Of a stretch of 64,000 nt of DNA, positions 1 to 10,401 are shown piece after piece (the first letter of the stretch is position 1; each line of letters starts with the position of its first letter). Made by a program: the position numbers and the translations under genes. The notes under the pieces were generated by a model. That model searched no databases and was not told where the DNA came from. It saw nothing but the letters and a program-made list of their open reading frames with translations. This DNA comes from an uncultured Actinomycetes bacterium (GTDB lineage: Bacteria; Actinomycetota; Thermoleophilia; RBG-16-64-13), in contig CAWDXC010000018.1 of the NCBI GenBank assembly GCA_963806155.1, positions 112,605-176,604 on the forward strand, written 5' to 3'.

Positions 1-287
1 TGCCGGCGGGCAAGGCCACCAGCCAGGATCGCAGCGCCGGGTGAGAGAGGTCGGGTGGCGCCCGCCTTGCCGGGATTGGTCCGGATGCCTTCCAGAGTCT
101 TCTCGGTGGGAAGACCGAAGGCGATGACGGGCGCCCCGGCCACCAGCAGGTCGATGCCGGCCAGCGCGTCGGGTGTGGCCTGGGCTGTGGAGAGCGCCTG
201 ACTCTCCGGTCCGAGGCCTTCGGCGATGGCACGAGCTACCGCTGCCGTGTTTCCCCAGTGGGATTCATAGACGACGACAGCCTTCAC
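1..287 (-). CDS. Flavodoxin-like protein (3' end runs off the window)
   Basis: Translated by hand from GTG at 287, preceded by GAAGGAG: MKAVVVYESHWGNTAAVARAIAEGL...IDLLVAGAPVIAFG, i.e. the flavodoxin S-x-x-GNT FMN loop. Not in the ORF track. Confidence 0.8.
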   Translation of the reverse strand, partial: MKAVVVYESHWGNTAAVARAIAEGLGPESQALSTAQATPDALAGIDLLVAGAPVIAFGLPTEKTLEGIRTNPGKAGATRPLSPGAAILAGGLARR

Positions 288-383
288 GGATGTCTCCTTC
301 AGACGCGGACTTGCGAGGCGCCCGGCCGCCGCATCGCGGCGGCCGGGCGCCCAACGGTCGTCGAGCTCCGCAGCAAGCTCCGA

Positions 384-956
384 TCAGTATGTCTCGGCCC
401 AGAGCTCGTAGTACGCCTGAGCATGCTTGCAGGCCGGGCACACGTCGGGGGCCGACGTTCCCTCGTGGATGTAGCCGCAGTTGCGGCAATGCCATTTGAC
501 GATGGTGTCGCGCGAGAAGACGCGGCCGTTCTTGACGTTCGCCAGAAGCTTCCGGTAGCGGAGCTCGTGTTGCTCTTCGACCTCTGCGATCTCCTGGAAC
601 GAGGTGGCGACGTCCGCGAAGCCCTCTTCATCGGCTACCGCGGAGAAGTCCGGGTACAGCTCGCCCCACTCCTCCTTTTCGCCTTCGGCGGCGGCGAGGA
701 GGTTCTCGGCGGTCGTCGCCGTCTTGCCCGCGGGGTAGGTGGCGGTGATCTCCGTCGGCCCACCCTCGAGGTAGTCGAAATACACCTGGGCGTGCTCTTT
801 CTCGTTGTCGGCAGTCTCGAGGAAGATGGCGGCGATCTGCTCGAAGCCTTCCTTCTTGGCCTGACTGGCGAAGAAGGTGTACCGGTTCCGAGCCTGGCTC
901 TCGCCCGCGAACGCTTTGAGCAGGTTCTGCTCCGTCCTGGTCCCTTTGATGCTCAT
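384..956 (-). CDS. rbr: Rubrerythrin
   Basis: NLLKAFAGESQARNRY, ExxH di-iron motifs (EKEH, EEQH), C-terminal rubredoxin-like CRNCG...CPAC. Confidence 0.95.
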   Translation of the reverse strand: MSIKGTRTEQNLLKAFAGESQARNRYTFFASQAKKEGFEQIAAIFLETADNEKEHAQVYFDYLEGGPTEITATYPAGKTATTAENLLAAAEGEKEEWGELYPDFSAVADEEGFADVATSFQEIAEVEEQHELRYRKLLANVKNGRVFSRDTIVKWHCRNCGYIHEGTSAPDVCPACKHAQAYYELWAETY

Positions 957-1065
957 CTCGGTATGGTCTCCTTTCGGTAAGCGACGTTAGCTCGACTATT
1001 CCCACGATGGCGGCTGCCCAATCCGGTCCGATGTGGGGCTCGTCGAGCCGGTGGCGGAGAAGCAA

Positions 1066-1094
1066 GGGGCGCCCGAGTAAGCTCGGGGCGCCCC
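1066..1094 (-). terminator. GC-rich hairpin, probable intrinsic terminator of the SLH-domain gene
   Basis: GGGGCGCCCGAG-TAAG-CTCGGGGCGCCCC inverted repeat just past the stop at 1121; followed on the minus strand by TTGCTTCT. Confidence 0.6.
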
Positions 1095-1120
1095 AGGTCA
1101 CGCGAGGCGATTGATGGCCG

Positions 1121-2733
1121 CTACTTGAATTCGAGCGACGCTACGTCCTTGACCCAGGCTTTGCTTGACTGCCCGGGTATCACCAGATTGAGCTTGCTGC
1201 CGTCGATGGCGAGCATCGCGTCGGCGGAGGCTTTGATATCGGCCACCTTGACGGTGAACGTGTAGCCGTCGCTCGCGACAGCCACCATGTCGACCGCCCC
1301 GGCCCGCACTCCCAGCTTCTCGAACAGCACGCTGAACCGCACCCCCGTGTACTCGGTGGGCCCGTTCTTGGGATGCTCGAGGGTCAGCGTGACAGGGCCC
1401 ATGTTCTGGAGCTGGCCGGCGGTCAGTCCCATGGGATGGTCCACCATGCCGCTCACCTTGACGGCGCCGCTCGGCGCCGGTGGCAGGCCGACGTGTGCGA
1501 AGACCGGACAGCAGTGGGCCTCGCCGCGGGGGGCTTCAGGGCCAGATCCCAGGCGTAGCACGTCTCGATGCCGGCCAGACGTCGCTCGGCCTTGATGGCA
1601 GGCCGAGGTGTTGGACGCGGCTACTCGACCGTAGCGGTCGTCTGGACCACCTGTTTGCTCCAGGCCTTGCTGTCGGTCACCTGGTTGCTCCAGGGCTGAC
1701 GAAGCCGATGCGCAGCGCGCCGTCGTCAGATGAAGTGGACGCCGTCCATCTCGTAGGCGAGGATCATGCTGATTGGGTCGCTGAAGGCAGTGATGTCCGC
1801 GGCGGTGGACGGGTCGAACATCTTGACCTCGCCGTTCAGGTCCGCGGCTGAATACTTGCTCTCGTAGCCATCCGATGCCGTCGACCGTGACCGAAGGTCC
1901 CGCCTCCGACCAGGGCCACAAGCGACTGAACGGACACTCCCGTCCACAGGTCAGGTCCGGTGATGTTGCCGAGCCGTGTTCTTCCAGCCGCCGTAGCCCG
2001 CCGTGGCCGGCAGGGCCTTGAGCTGGGCCATGGTGAAATCCTGGGTGCCGGAGGACCGGTGAGGGACAGGACCACGCCGGTCCGGTAGAACAACTGCGCA
2101 AGCACCTCGGCCGCCTCGCCGCGGGTGGCGTTCTCGGTCGCGTCCCAGTGTGGCCAGATCGGGGATGCCGGCCAGCAGCCCGTTGTACTCGGCCTTCTTG
2201 ATGTTGGCGCCGTGGATTGGGATCAGCAGTAGTCGAGGACGCCCGGTGTAGTCCGGCCGGAGGTTCGGCCAGCGCTCGCCGGCCGCGCGTACGACGATGC
2301 TGATGGCCTGTTGCCGCGTGACATTGTCGGCGAAGCCGGAAGTGCGTTGTTCAGGTAGCCGTGGATGATGCCGTTGGCCGCCGCGACGGCACGTAGCTGC
2401 CGGGATAGAGCGGATTGTTCGACCGGGTCGTAGGGGTCCGGACGTGTCTTGAAGGTGGACTGACGTCGGCGGCCGTGACTTCGTAGCCCAACGTGAGGTC
2501 CGGCCATCTTGGCGAATTGCTGACGCAGAAGCAGGCTTGTCGGGTCTGAAGGTCCATGACTCGTCGGCTTCTTGGTAACCATTGACGATCTCGTGATACG
2601 CCAGGGCGTAGATGCTGGCCTCGTACGGGTTGTCTTCGAGATCCGTGAACTCCAGCGGCTGCGGCGGGGGCGGCAGTGCCAGCACCAGGAGTACGGCCAG
2701 CAGTAGTCCCATGATCAGATGCTTAGTTCTCAT
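1121..2733 (-). CDS. S-layer homology (SLH) domain protein with sulfite-oxidase-like (Oxidored_molyb-fold) domains; frameshifted
   Basis: Signal peptide MRTKHLIMGLLLAVLLV; SLH-like FTDLEDNPYEASIYALAYHEIVNGY...FRPD and VTRQQAISIVVRA; then LSLTGP..F.MAQLKAL..GYGGWKN...ASDGY; C-terminal YTGVRFSVL...ASDGY...AWVKDVASLEFK. Pieced from several frames and could be two genes. Confidence 0.65.
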
Positions 2734-2800
2734 CGGCGTTCCTTTCGTTCGATTGCATACCCTAACCGGTGCGAACGGTCCTTCGGAGGTGCCGCCCGTG

Positions 2801-3672
2801 TTAGTTGACCCTGATTGGCGACCACGTGCTTCACCCACTTGTCGCTGTCGGTTACCTGGTCTTTCTCCGGACTCACAAAGGCGATGCGGAGCGGACCTTC
2901 ACCGGAGCCGATAGCGCTTCCGCCCTTGGCGTAGGCCACGATCACTCGGAGGCTGCCGCTGATACTGGTGATGGGCTCGCCTGTGGCCGGATCGTACATG
3001 TTGATCTCGCCGCTCGAGCTCTCCGCCCGAGAGTGCGGCTCGTAGCCGTCGGAGGCGACCACCAAGACCGAGCTGCCTCCGCCCACCAGCATTCATGAGG
3101 CTCGTCAGCGACACGCCCCTCCAGGACGTGGGAGCCGCGATGTTGCCCAGTTGGTTCTTCCAGCCGCCGTAGCCGGACGTCGCCGACATGGCCTTGAGGT
3201 CGGCCATGCTGAACTCCTGAGTGCCCGACGGCCCGGTGAGCGTGAGAACGACCTCGCCCTTGACAGTGGTCGTAGTGGGCTTGGCTGTGGTCGTGGTGGG
3301 CTTGGCGGTGGTGGTAGTCGACTTGGCTGTAGTGGTGGTGGGCTTGGCGGTGGTCGCTGTGCTCTCGGAGGTGGTGGTCGTAGCGATGGTCGTCGTGGTC
3401 GGTGCCCCGGTCATGGTGGTCGCTGAGGTGCTGGTTGTCCCGCCGGCCTGCTCTTGCTGGATCCGGTCATGCAGGGACAGCGTGCTTGCGGTCGTGGATC
3501 CGATGGTCGGGCTGCTTGACTGACCGCCGCTGCTCGAAGCCGTGCTCGGGGCGGTTGTGGACGTGGAGTCGCCGCTCCCTCCGCATGCGCTCGCGGCTAC
3601 GATCAGGAGGACGACTAGGATCAGAGCCAGGGCGGGCGCAAACCTTGTGTAGCGCTTCGAAGAGACTCCCAC
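2801..3672 (-). CDS. Lipoprotein with Thr-rich linker and Oxidored_molyb-fold domain; frameshifted
   Basis: Lipobox AASACGG, KPTTTTA repeats, VLTLTGPSGTQEFSMADLKAM..GYGGWKN..WRGVSL, then VASDGY...GEGPLRIAFVSPEKDQVTDSDKWVKHVV; TAA at 2801-2803. Confidence 0.7.
3265..3400 (-). repeat. Imperfect 21-bp coding repeats (KPTTTTA) forming a Thr-rich linker
   Basis: Repeated GGGCTTGGC(T/G)GTGGTGGT units translating to TTAKPTTTTAKSTTTTAKPTTTTAKPTTTT. Confidence 0.75.
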
Positions 3673-3811
3673 GTGCTCCCCTTCTCACTAAGCCCGCAGC
3701 TGTCCGGCCCGCGAGTCCGGTGTGGTCCGGCTGCCCATGTGGCATTTGCACTCATACAATGGTATAAGAAACCGTCTCACAACCAGAAGCACGCGTCAAG
3801 GAGCTCAGGGC

Positions 3812-4888
3812 ATGCGGAAATCGGGTAGAGACCGTCTATGGCTGGGCATTCTCGCACTCGTGCTCGTGATGGCTCTGGTCTTCGCCGGCGCTTGTGGGCG
3901 ATTCGGGCGAGGCTACGACCGACACCTCGGAGGACTCCGGCTCGACGGCGAGCTCGCGCCGGAGGTGGAGAGGGTGAGGTCGTGCTCGAGGTCACCGGCC
4001 CCGATGGCACCAAGGCTTCCTACTCGCTCGAGCAGATCCAAGGCCATGCAGGTCACCGAGGGCTACGGGGGCATGAAGAGCTCCACCGGACGCATCACCC
4101 CGCCCGCGCTTGATCAAGGGCGTCCTGCTGGCGGATCTGTTCGCGGAGGTGGGCGGCCTGCCCGACGACATGGCGGTCAGCATCATCGCCAAGGACGGCT
4201 ACGAGATGACCGTGTCCGTCGCCCAGCTGAGCGCGGGCGACTTCCTCACCTACGACATGGTCACGGGAGCCGAGAACAAGGTCGACGGCCCGCTCCAGGT
4301 GATCATCGCCTACGAAAGTACGACGGGCAGCCCGTCGACCCGGAGGGCGACGGACCGCTGCGGCTGGCCATCATCAGCCCCAAGAAGAACCAGGTGACCG
4401 ACGGTCACTGGTCGGTCAAGTGGGTCACCAAGCTCCAGGTCAAGCCGATCGAGCAGGATTGGACTCTGGCACTTCTCCGGGGCCGCTGACCGAGGAGATC
4501 GACCGGGCGACGTTCGAGAGCTGCGCCGCCGCGGGGTGCCACGGACAGAGTTGGACCGACGCCGACGGCAACACCTGGACGGGCGTTCCTCTGTACCTGC
4601 TGGTCGGGCGGGTGGACGACGAGAACGCCCACGAGGGACCCGGCCTACAACCGCGAACTGGCCGAGGCCGGCTACGAGGTGGAGATCACGACCGCCGACG
4701 GCAAGATCGGTCAAGGTGCTCGAGCAAGACCATGTACTACAAGAAGGACCTCATCGTCGCCTACAAGCTGAACGGCGAGGCGCTGCCCGAGGAGTACTGG
4801 CCGCTGCGTCTGGTGGGCGAGGGGATCGAGGCGGCCGACATGGTCGGGCAGAGTCACCGAGATCAAGGCGCTGGTCCCGGCCCAGTAG
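3812..4888 (+). CDS. Lipoprotein with tandem Oxidored_molyb-fold domains; frameshifted
   Basis: AAGGAG RBS; lipobox FAGACG; VLEVTGPDG...GYGGMKS...KGVLLADL...AKDGY...GDGPLRLAIISPKKNQVTDGHWSVKWV; second domain WTGVPLYLLVGRVDD...VAYKLNGEALPEEYWPLRLVG; TAG at 4886-4888. Confidence 0.7.
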
Positions 4889-4911
4889 AGGGATGCCGGG
4901 CAGACTGGCTG

Positions 4912-6037
4912 ATGGCTTCGCGCAGAGTCGCTGCCCGCATCGTTCTCGCTCGCGGCGCCGTCCTGCTCTGCCGCGGCCTGTCTGTCTGGGCCGGGCTGCT
5001 CGGACGACGTCGCTCGCGACGGCGGCGGAGAAGACCAGCATCCGCGTGCTCTTCGCCGGCAGCCTGATCATCCCCTTCGCACCAGCTGGAGAAGGAGTTC
5101 GAGGCCGCCCATCCCGACATCGACGTCAACATGGAGGGGCACGGCAGCATCCAGGCCATCCGGCATCGTGAGCGATCTGCACGAGCAGGCCGACGTGGTG
5201 GTCACCGCCGACTACAGGCTGATCCCCATGCTGCTCTACGAGGTGAAGGACCCCGATTCCGGCACTGCCCTACGCCGACTGGTACACGATCTTCGCCACC
5301 AACGAGATGACCCTCGCCTACACGCCCGAGAGCGCCTTCGCCGGCGGAGGTGAACGCCGGACAACTGGCCCGAGATCATCACTCGGCCCGGACGTGCGGC
5401 TCGGCTGCGCCGATCCGCGCCTCGACGCCAACGGGTACCGCGCGCTCATGATGGTGAAGCTGGCGGAGGACTTCTACGGCCAGCCGGGCCTTTTCGCCGA
5501 CGTCTTCGGGGGCAAGTTCCGGGTGCCCATCCGGGTGAGCGCAGCAGCGACGGGCGTCACCGTCATCAAGGTCCCCGAGGTGCTCGAGACGAAGAGCGGG
5601 TCAAATCGTGGTCATGCGCCCCTACAGCGTCCAGCTGCTCCCGCTGCTCGAGTCCGGCGACATCGACTATTCCTTCGAGTACACGAGCGTGATCAGGCAG
5701 CACGGGATGGAGTACGTGTCCCTGCCGCCGGAGATCAACCTGGGCGATCCGCGTCTACTCGACGACCGTACGCCGACGTGACCGTCAAGCTCGACTTCCA
5801 GCGCTTCGCCAGCGTCAAGCCCGAGTTCCCCGGAGAGCCCATCCGGTACGGGGCCACCATCCCCAGCAACGCCCGCGAGCCGGAGGCGGCCGCCACGTTC
5901 CTGGCCTACCTTCTCGGGCCCGAAGGGCAACGCATCATGGCGGAGAACTACCAAGCCCATGATCACGCCCGGCGCTGGCCGACAACCTCGACGCCCTGCC
6001 GGAGTCGATCAAGGCGCTCTGCACCTCCGGCGACTGA
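4912..6037 (+). CDS. wtpA: Tungstate/molybdate ABC transporter substrate-binding protein WtpA; frameshifted
   Basis: VLFAGSLIIPF, EGHGSIQAIR, ADVVVTADYRLIP, ADPRLDANGYRALM, LLESGDIDYSFEY, GEPIRYGATIPSNA: WtpA-type motifs. Confidence 0.85.
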
Positions 6038-6050
6038 CGAGGTCCTGCCG

Positions 6051-6857
6051 ATGAACCGGATCCGTGCACTCAGCCGGCTCGACTGGGTCTTCTCGTTCGC
6101 GGGGCTGCTCGTCTCCTCTGTTCATCCTGCTCCCTTGCTTGCCACGATCTTCGCCTCGTCCCCGGGGGAGTGTGGTCTCGAGGGCTCGGCGACCGGAGCG
6201 TGCTCACCTCGCTCTGGGTGACGTTCGTGGCCGCGTTCGTCGCGACGCGTCATCGCTCTCGTGCTCGGCGTGCCGCTCGCCTATCTGCTGGCCCGCCGGG
6301 AGTTCCCGGGCAAGAACCTGGTCCAGGGGATTATCGACCTGCCCATCATCATCCCGCACACGGCGGCGGGGGTGGCTCTGCTCATGGTCTTCGGCCGCGG
6401 GGGGCTGCTCGGGGAGCCGCTGGAGTCGCTCGGGCTGTATTTCACCGAGAACATCGCCGGCATCGTCGTCGCCATGCTCTTCGTGAGCCTTCCCATCCTG
6501 GTGGACACGGCGCGGGAGTCCTTCGCGCTGGTGGACGAACGTCTGGAGCGGGTGGCGCGCACCCTGGGGGCGAGCCCCTTGTCGGCCTTCCGGCGGGTGA
6601 CTCTGCCGCTGGCGTGGCGGGGGATCGTGGCCGGGTCGGTGCTCATGTGGGCTCGGGGCATCAGCGAGTTCGGCGCGGTGGTGATTCTCGCCTACAACCC
6701 CAAGGCCATCTCGGTGCTCATCTACGAGCGCTTCGCCGGCTTCGGGCTGTCGGCCGCGCTGCCGGTGACGGCCCTGCTGCTGGTCCTGGCTCTGGTGATC
6801 CTGGTGGTCACCCGGGCCGTGCTGCTGCCCCGGCGCAAGAAGAACGGCGCGAGATGA
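6051..6857 (+). CDS. wtpB: Tungstate/molybdate ABC transporter permease (WtpB/ModB); frameshifted near the N-terminus
   Basis: GVPLAYLLARREFPGK, IIDLPIIIPHTAAGVALL, EAA-like loop ERVARTLGAS, WARGISEFGAV. Confidence 0.85.
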
Positions 6858-8140
6858 TCCGGCTCGAGGGACTCCAGGTGGCCGCGGGCGACTTCTCGCT
6901 CCGGTCGACGACCTGTCGCTGGATAAGGGCGAGTTCCTCGTGGTCCTCGGCCCCACCGGGTCGGGCAAGACCGTGCTCCTCGAGACCGTGGCCGGGCTGC
7001 GGCGGCCCAGGGGCGGGCGCATCTGGTTCGGCGACCGGGACGTGACCGACGAGCCGCCGGAGCGGCGGCGCGTCGGCTTCGTCTATCAGGACTATGCGCT
7101 CTTCCCGCATCTGACCGTGGCCGAGAACATCGCCTTCGGCCTGAGCACGGGGGCGGCCGCGGCCGCGCGCGCAGCGTCCGGGCGGGCGGGGGTGGCCGAG
7201 CGGCGCGGACAGATCCGGGGCGGACCGGAATCGAGTGGCATCGCTGGCATCGCTGCTCGGTATCGAGGAGCTGATCGACCGGTACCCCGACAGGCTTTCC
7301 GGCGGGGAGCAACAGAGGGTCGCTCTCGCCCGGGCGCTCGCCATCGAACCGGACGTCCTCCTGCTGGACGAGCCGCTCTCTGCTCTCGATCGCCAGACGC
7401 GTCGAGAGTTGAGGATCGAGATGAAGCGCCTGCACCGAGAGCTGGGCGCGACCGTCCTTCACGTGACCCACGACCTCGACGAAGCGCTTGCGTTGGGGGA
7501 CCGGATAGCTGTGTTGATCGATGGCGATCTGAGACAGATCGACACACCGGAGGACGTACTTCAGCGGCCCGCCGACGGGGAGACAGCCCGATTGCTCGGG
7601 ATGACCAACGTGTCCCCCGTGGTCGGCATATACCGGGAAGACGGGGTCGGGAAAGTGAGATTGGCGAGAGGCCCAGGCGCGGGTGGTGGCGTCGGCCGGA
7701 CCACAGCCGACGGAGCCGGCGGCCTCGAGTTGGGGGTCGGCGTCCTCTCCGATAAGCTGCCGGGCCGCAACCTGGTCGCCGTGGTCCGAGCAGAGGAGAT
7801 CGTTCTTCTCCCTCCGGGGGAGGCGATCCTCGAACGCGTCACACGGGATCGGGTGGGCTCGGCCGACCCATTGGCTGTTGGTCTGCCGAGCGGGACCTTG
7901 CTGGACGGGACCGTTCTCGACGTACAGATGCGGAGCGTCCACGCCTCGGTGGAAGTGGACGTGCCCCCCGTTTTCACCGTCCACGTACTGCGTCCCGAAG
8001 TGCAGCGGATGGGCCTCAGCGTGGGTTCACGAGTAAGGCTGTGGATACCTGACGAGGCCGTTCACGTCTGTCCAGAGACAGCTCGGGGAGTCAGAGCGCT
8101 GATTCGAAGATGCCCGCCAGTTCCTCCGGTGTCAAGGTGA
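6854..8140 (+). CDS. wtpC: ABC transporter ATP-binding subunit with TOBE-like C-terminus (WtpC/ModC); frameshifted
   Basis: Walker A GPTGSGKT, VYQDYALFPHLTV, LSGGEQQRVALARAL, LLLDEP, HVTHD; ATGA overlap with the permease. Confidence 0.85.
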
Positions 8141-9260
8141 TCGGGTTGGCCTTCATGCTGCTGGCTCGTACCGCTTTCTCCGCGAGCTCGGCGGTAACGT
8201 CGCGCGGGATGCCATAGCTACCGAGTGGCGGGACGCGGAGCTCGGCCACAAGATCGTGGAGCCACTGCACGGCGTCCTCGGCGGCGGCTCCACCGCGACC
8301 CGTGAGCAGAGCGGCGATCCGTCGATAGCGGTCGAGCGCCTCGCTTTGCGGGGCGCGTTCGCGCAGGGCGCGGAGGTTGGCTTCCACGACAGGCGGCAGC
8401 AGGGCCGCGCAGACCGCTCCATGGGGAACCGGGTGCATCCCTCCCAGCGGCCCGGCCAGGCCGTGGACGGCGCCCAAGCCAGCGTTGGCCAGAGCCAGCC
8501 CCCCGAACAGGCTAGCGACCGCCATATCCTCACGTGCCGCCTCGTCCCGCCCGTCTTCCACCGCCCGTGGCAGCGACCGTGCTACCCGCTCGATCCCCTC
8601 CAGGCAGAGGCCGTCGGTCATGGGATTGGCCCGAGTGCTGACGAAGGGCTCGATCAGCTGCGCCAGGGCGTCCATGCCGGTGGTCGCGGTGACGGCCGGG
8701 GGGAGGTCGTAGGTCAGCTCCGGATCGACCAGGGCTACCTTCGGTAGCATGAGAGGGCTGCGCAGGCTCACTTTGACCCGATGCTCCGGGGCCGCGAGCA
8801 CGGAGTTGCGCGTGACCTCCGACCCTGTGCCGGCCGTGGTCGGTATGGCCATGAACGGAGCAGGGGACCGGGTCAGCTCTTGTCCCCGACCGACGATCTC
8901 CAAGTAGTCCAGAAGCTCGCCCGGATTCGTCAGCATGGCGGCGATGGCCTTGCCGGCGTCGATGGCCGCACCCCCGCCGCACGCGATGACCTGATCACAG
9001 CGCTCGCTCCTACCGATATCCGTGCCGTTGCGGACCGTGTCCACCCGTGGCTCACCGACGACGGGGAAGATGACCGCCTCGACCCCATGCTCGCTCAACA
9101 CCCCGAGTAGAGGTTCGGCGCGGCCGGGTGTGCTGCCCGTCACCACGAGCGCCCGCCGGCCCAAGCTCCGGGCGAGCGGGCCGGCTTCGCGGAGCGTACC
9201 CGGACCGAAGACGATCCTTCCGGCGGTGGCGAACTCGAAGCGCACGTCACCAATCCTCAT
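8091..9260 (-). CDS. Iron-containing alcohol dehydrogenase
   Basis: GGGAAIDAGKA, IPTTAGTGSEVT, GMDALAQLIE, GAVHGLAGPLGG, PHGAVCA. Confidence 0.92.
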   Translation of the reverse strand: MRIGDVRFEFATAGRIVFGPGTLREAGPLARSLGRRALVVTGSTPGRAEPLLGVLSEHGVEAVIFPVVGEPRVDTVRNGTDIGRSERCDQVIACGGGAAIDAGKAIAAMLTNPGELLDYLEIVGRGQELTRSPAPFMAIPTTAGTGSEVTRNSVLAAPEHRVKVSLRSPLMLPKVALVDPELTYDLPPAVTATTGMDALAQLIEPFVSTRANPMTDGLCLEGIERVARSLPRAVEDGRDEAAREDMAVASLFGGLALANAGLGAVHGLAGPLGGMHPVPHGAVCAALLPPVVEANLRALRERAPQSEALDRYRRIAALLTGRGGAAAEDAVQWLHDLVAELRVPPLGSYGIPRDVTAELAEKAVRASSMKANPITLTPEELAGIFESAL

Positions 9261-9552
9261 CCGCGGGGAAGACGCTCAGGTATTTCTCGCTGGTGCGTGG
9301 CTCGGCCATCATCGGCTCCACCGTTTCTCTCCAGGTCTGATAGTGCCCGGTCTCCTTGTGGGCCGCCGGCGCCTCCGCCGAGCGGTATACCTCCACCAGA
9401 AGGAAGCGGGTGGGGTCGTCCTCGCGTTGCAGCACGTCGAACCGTGCGATCCCCGGCTCCTGGACGCTCTGGTCGGCGTTCACGCCGGTAGCCGTCTTGA
9501 ACTTCTCCACGTATTCTGGTTTCACCAAGACATTGACGTTGACCACAAACAT
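9247..9552 (-). CDS. Antibiotic biosynthesis monooxygenase (ABM) / LsrG-like protein
   Basis: QEPGIARFDVLQ...FLLVEVY...AAHKETGHY. Confidence 0.85.
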   Translation of the reverse strand: MFVVNVNVLVKPEYVEKFKTATGVNADQSVQEPGIARFDVLQREDDPTRFLLVEVYRSAEAPAAHKETGHYQTWRETVEPMMAEPRTSEKYLSVFPADEDW

Positions 9553-9642
9553 GGCTGTCCTTTCGCGTGTTCCCCCAGGTGAGGAGATTGACTCTAGAAT
9601 AGGACATGCCGGGGGCCACCGTACGCGCGCAAAGGAGCTACC

Positions 9643-10362
9643 ATGCAGCCCGATCCGTCGAAGATCCTGGACCGGCTATCGATCACGATTCCGCTGATCG
9701 GCTTCTACGATGCGCCCGATCCGGCTCCCTTCGAGCCGCTGGTGGAACCCAAGGGCCGCCAGTGCATCTTTGCCTCCTTCAAGTCCTGGAACACGGGGAA
9801 GACTCTCCACATCACTCGGGAGAAGCACGGCTGCGGAGCCGGCCACCTCTTGGGGGTCGATGTGCGGCCGCGCAAGGAGATGGTCGAATTCCTCTGCGAC
9901 GAGGAAGGCCTTCGGGCCTCGCACGAGCTCATGGACCTCTGGTTGGATTCGGCCAATGACTATCAGCCGGTCCACGACCACCTGCTGATCGGTCCGCTGC
10001 GACCCGGTCAGTACCAGTATCTGCGTACGGTCACCTTCTACGTGAACCCGGATCAGCTATCGGTGCTGAGCGTGGGGGCTACGTACTACAACCGGCCTGA
10101 TGACCTGCCGCCGGTGCTTGCACGGTTCGGCTCGGGTTGCATGCAGCTCACCACGCTGTTCGACGACCTGGAGGCACCTCAGGCCCTGGTCGGGGCCATG
10201 GACCACGCGATGCGGATCTACCTCGAGCCCTGCATGGTGGCCTTCACGGTCACGAAGCCCATGTTCGAGCTGCTGTGCCGCTGGGCGGACGACCCGAAGA
10301 GCTCGCTTCACGCCAAGTTCCTCGACGATCTGATACGGCGTCGGGGAGGGTCGCTCGCGTAA
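9643..10362 (+). CDS. DUF169-family protein
   Basis: AAGGAG RBS; conserved Cys pattern (QCIF, HGCGAG, GSGC), TVTFYVNPDQLS. Confidence 0.7.
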   Translation: MQPDPSKILDRLSITIPLIGFYDAPDPAPFEPLVEPKGRQCIFASFKSWNTGKTLHITREKHGCGAGHLLGVDVRPRKEMVEFLCDEEGLRASHELMDLWLDSANDYQPVHDHLLIGPLRPGQYQYLRTVTFYVNPDQLSVLSVGATYYNRPDDLPPVLARFGSGCMQLTTLFDDLEAPQALVGAMDHAMRIYLEPCMVAFTVTKPMFELLCRWADDPKSSLHAKFLDDLIRRRGGSLA

Positions 10363-10401
10363 CGTCGTCTGCGGCTTCTGCTGAGTGGCCCCGGACTCGC
10401 T

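Noticed and set aside
3673-3811. Possible Moco/Tuco riboswitch or ModE box upstream of the tungstate cluster
   Set aside because: Short divergent intergenic region; I could not recognise the conserved riboswitch stems or a ModE-type ATCG-TATATA palindrome.
8091-8140. 50-bp convergent overlap of wtpC and the ADH gene (also 45967-46005)
   Set aside because: Short tail-to-tail overlaps are common in GC-rich genomes and may reflect an indel; no evidence of function.
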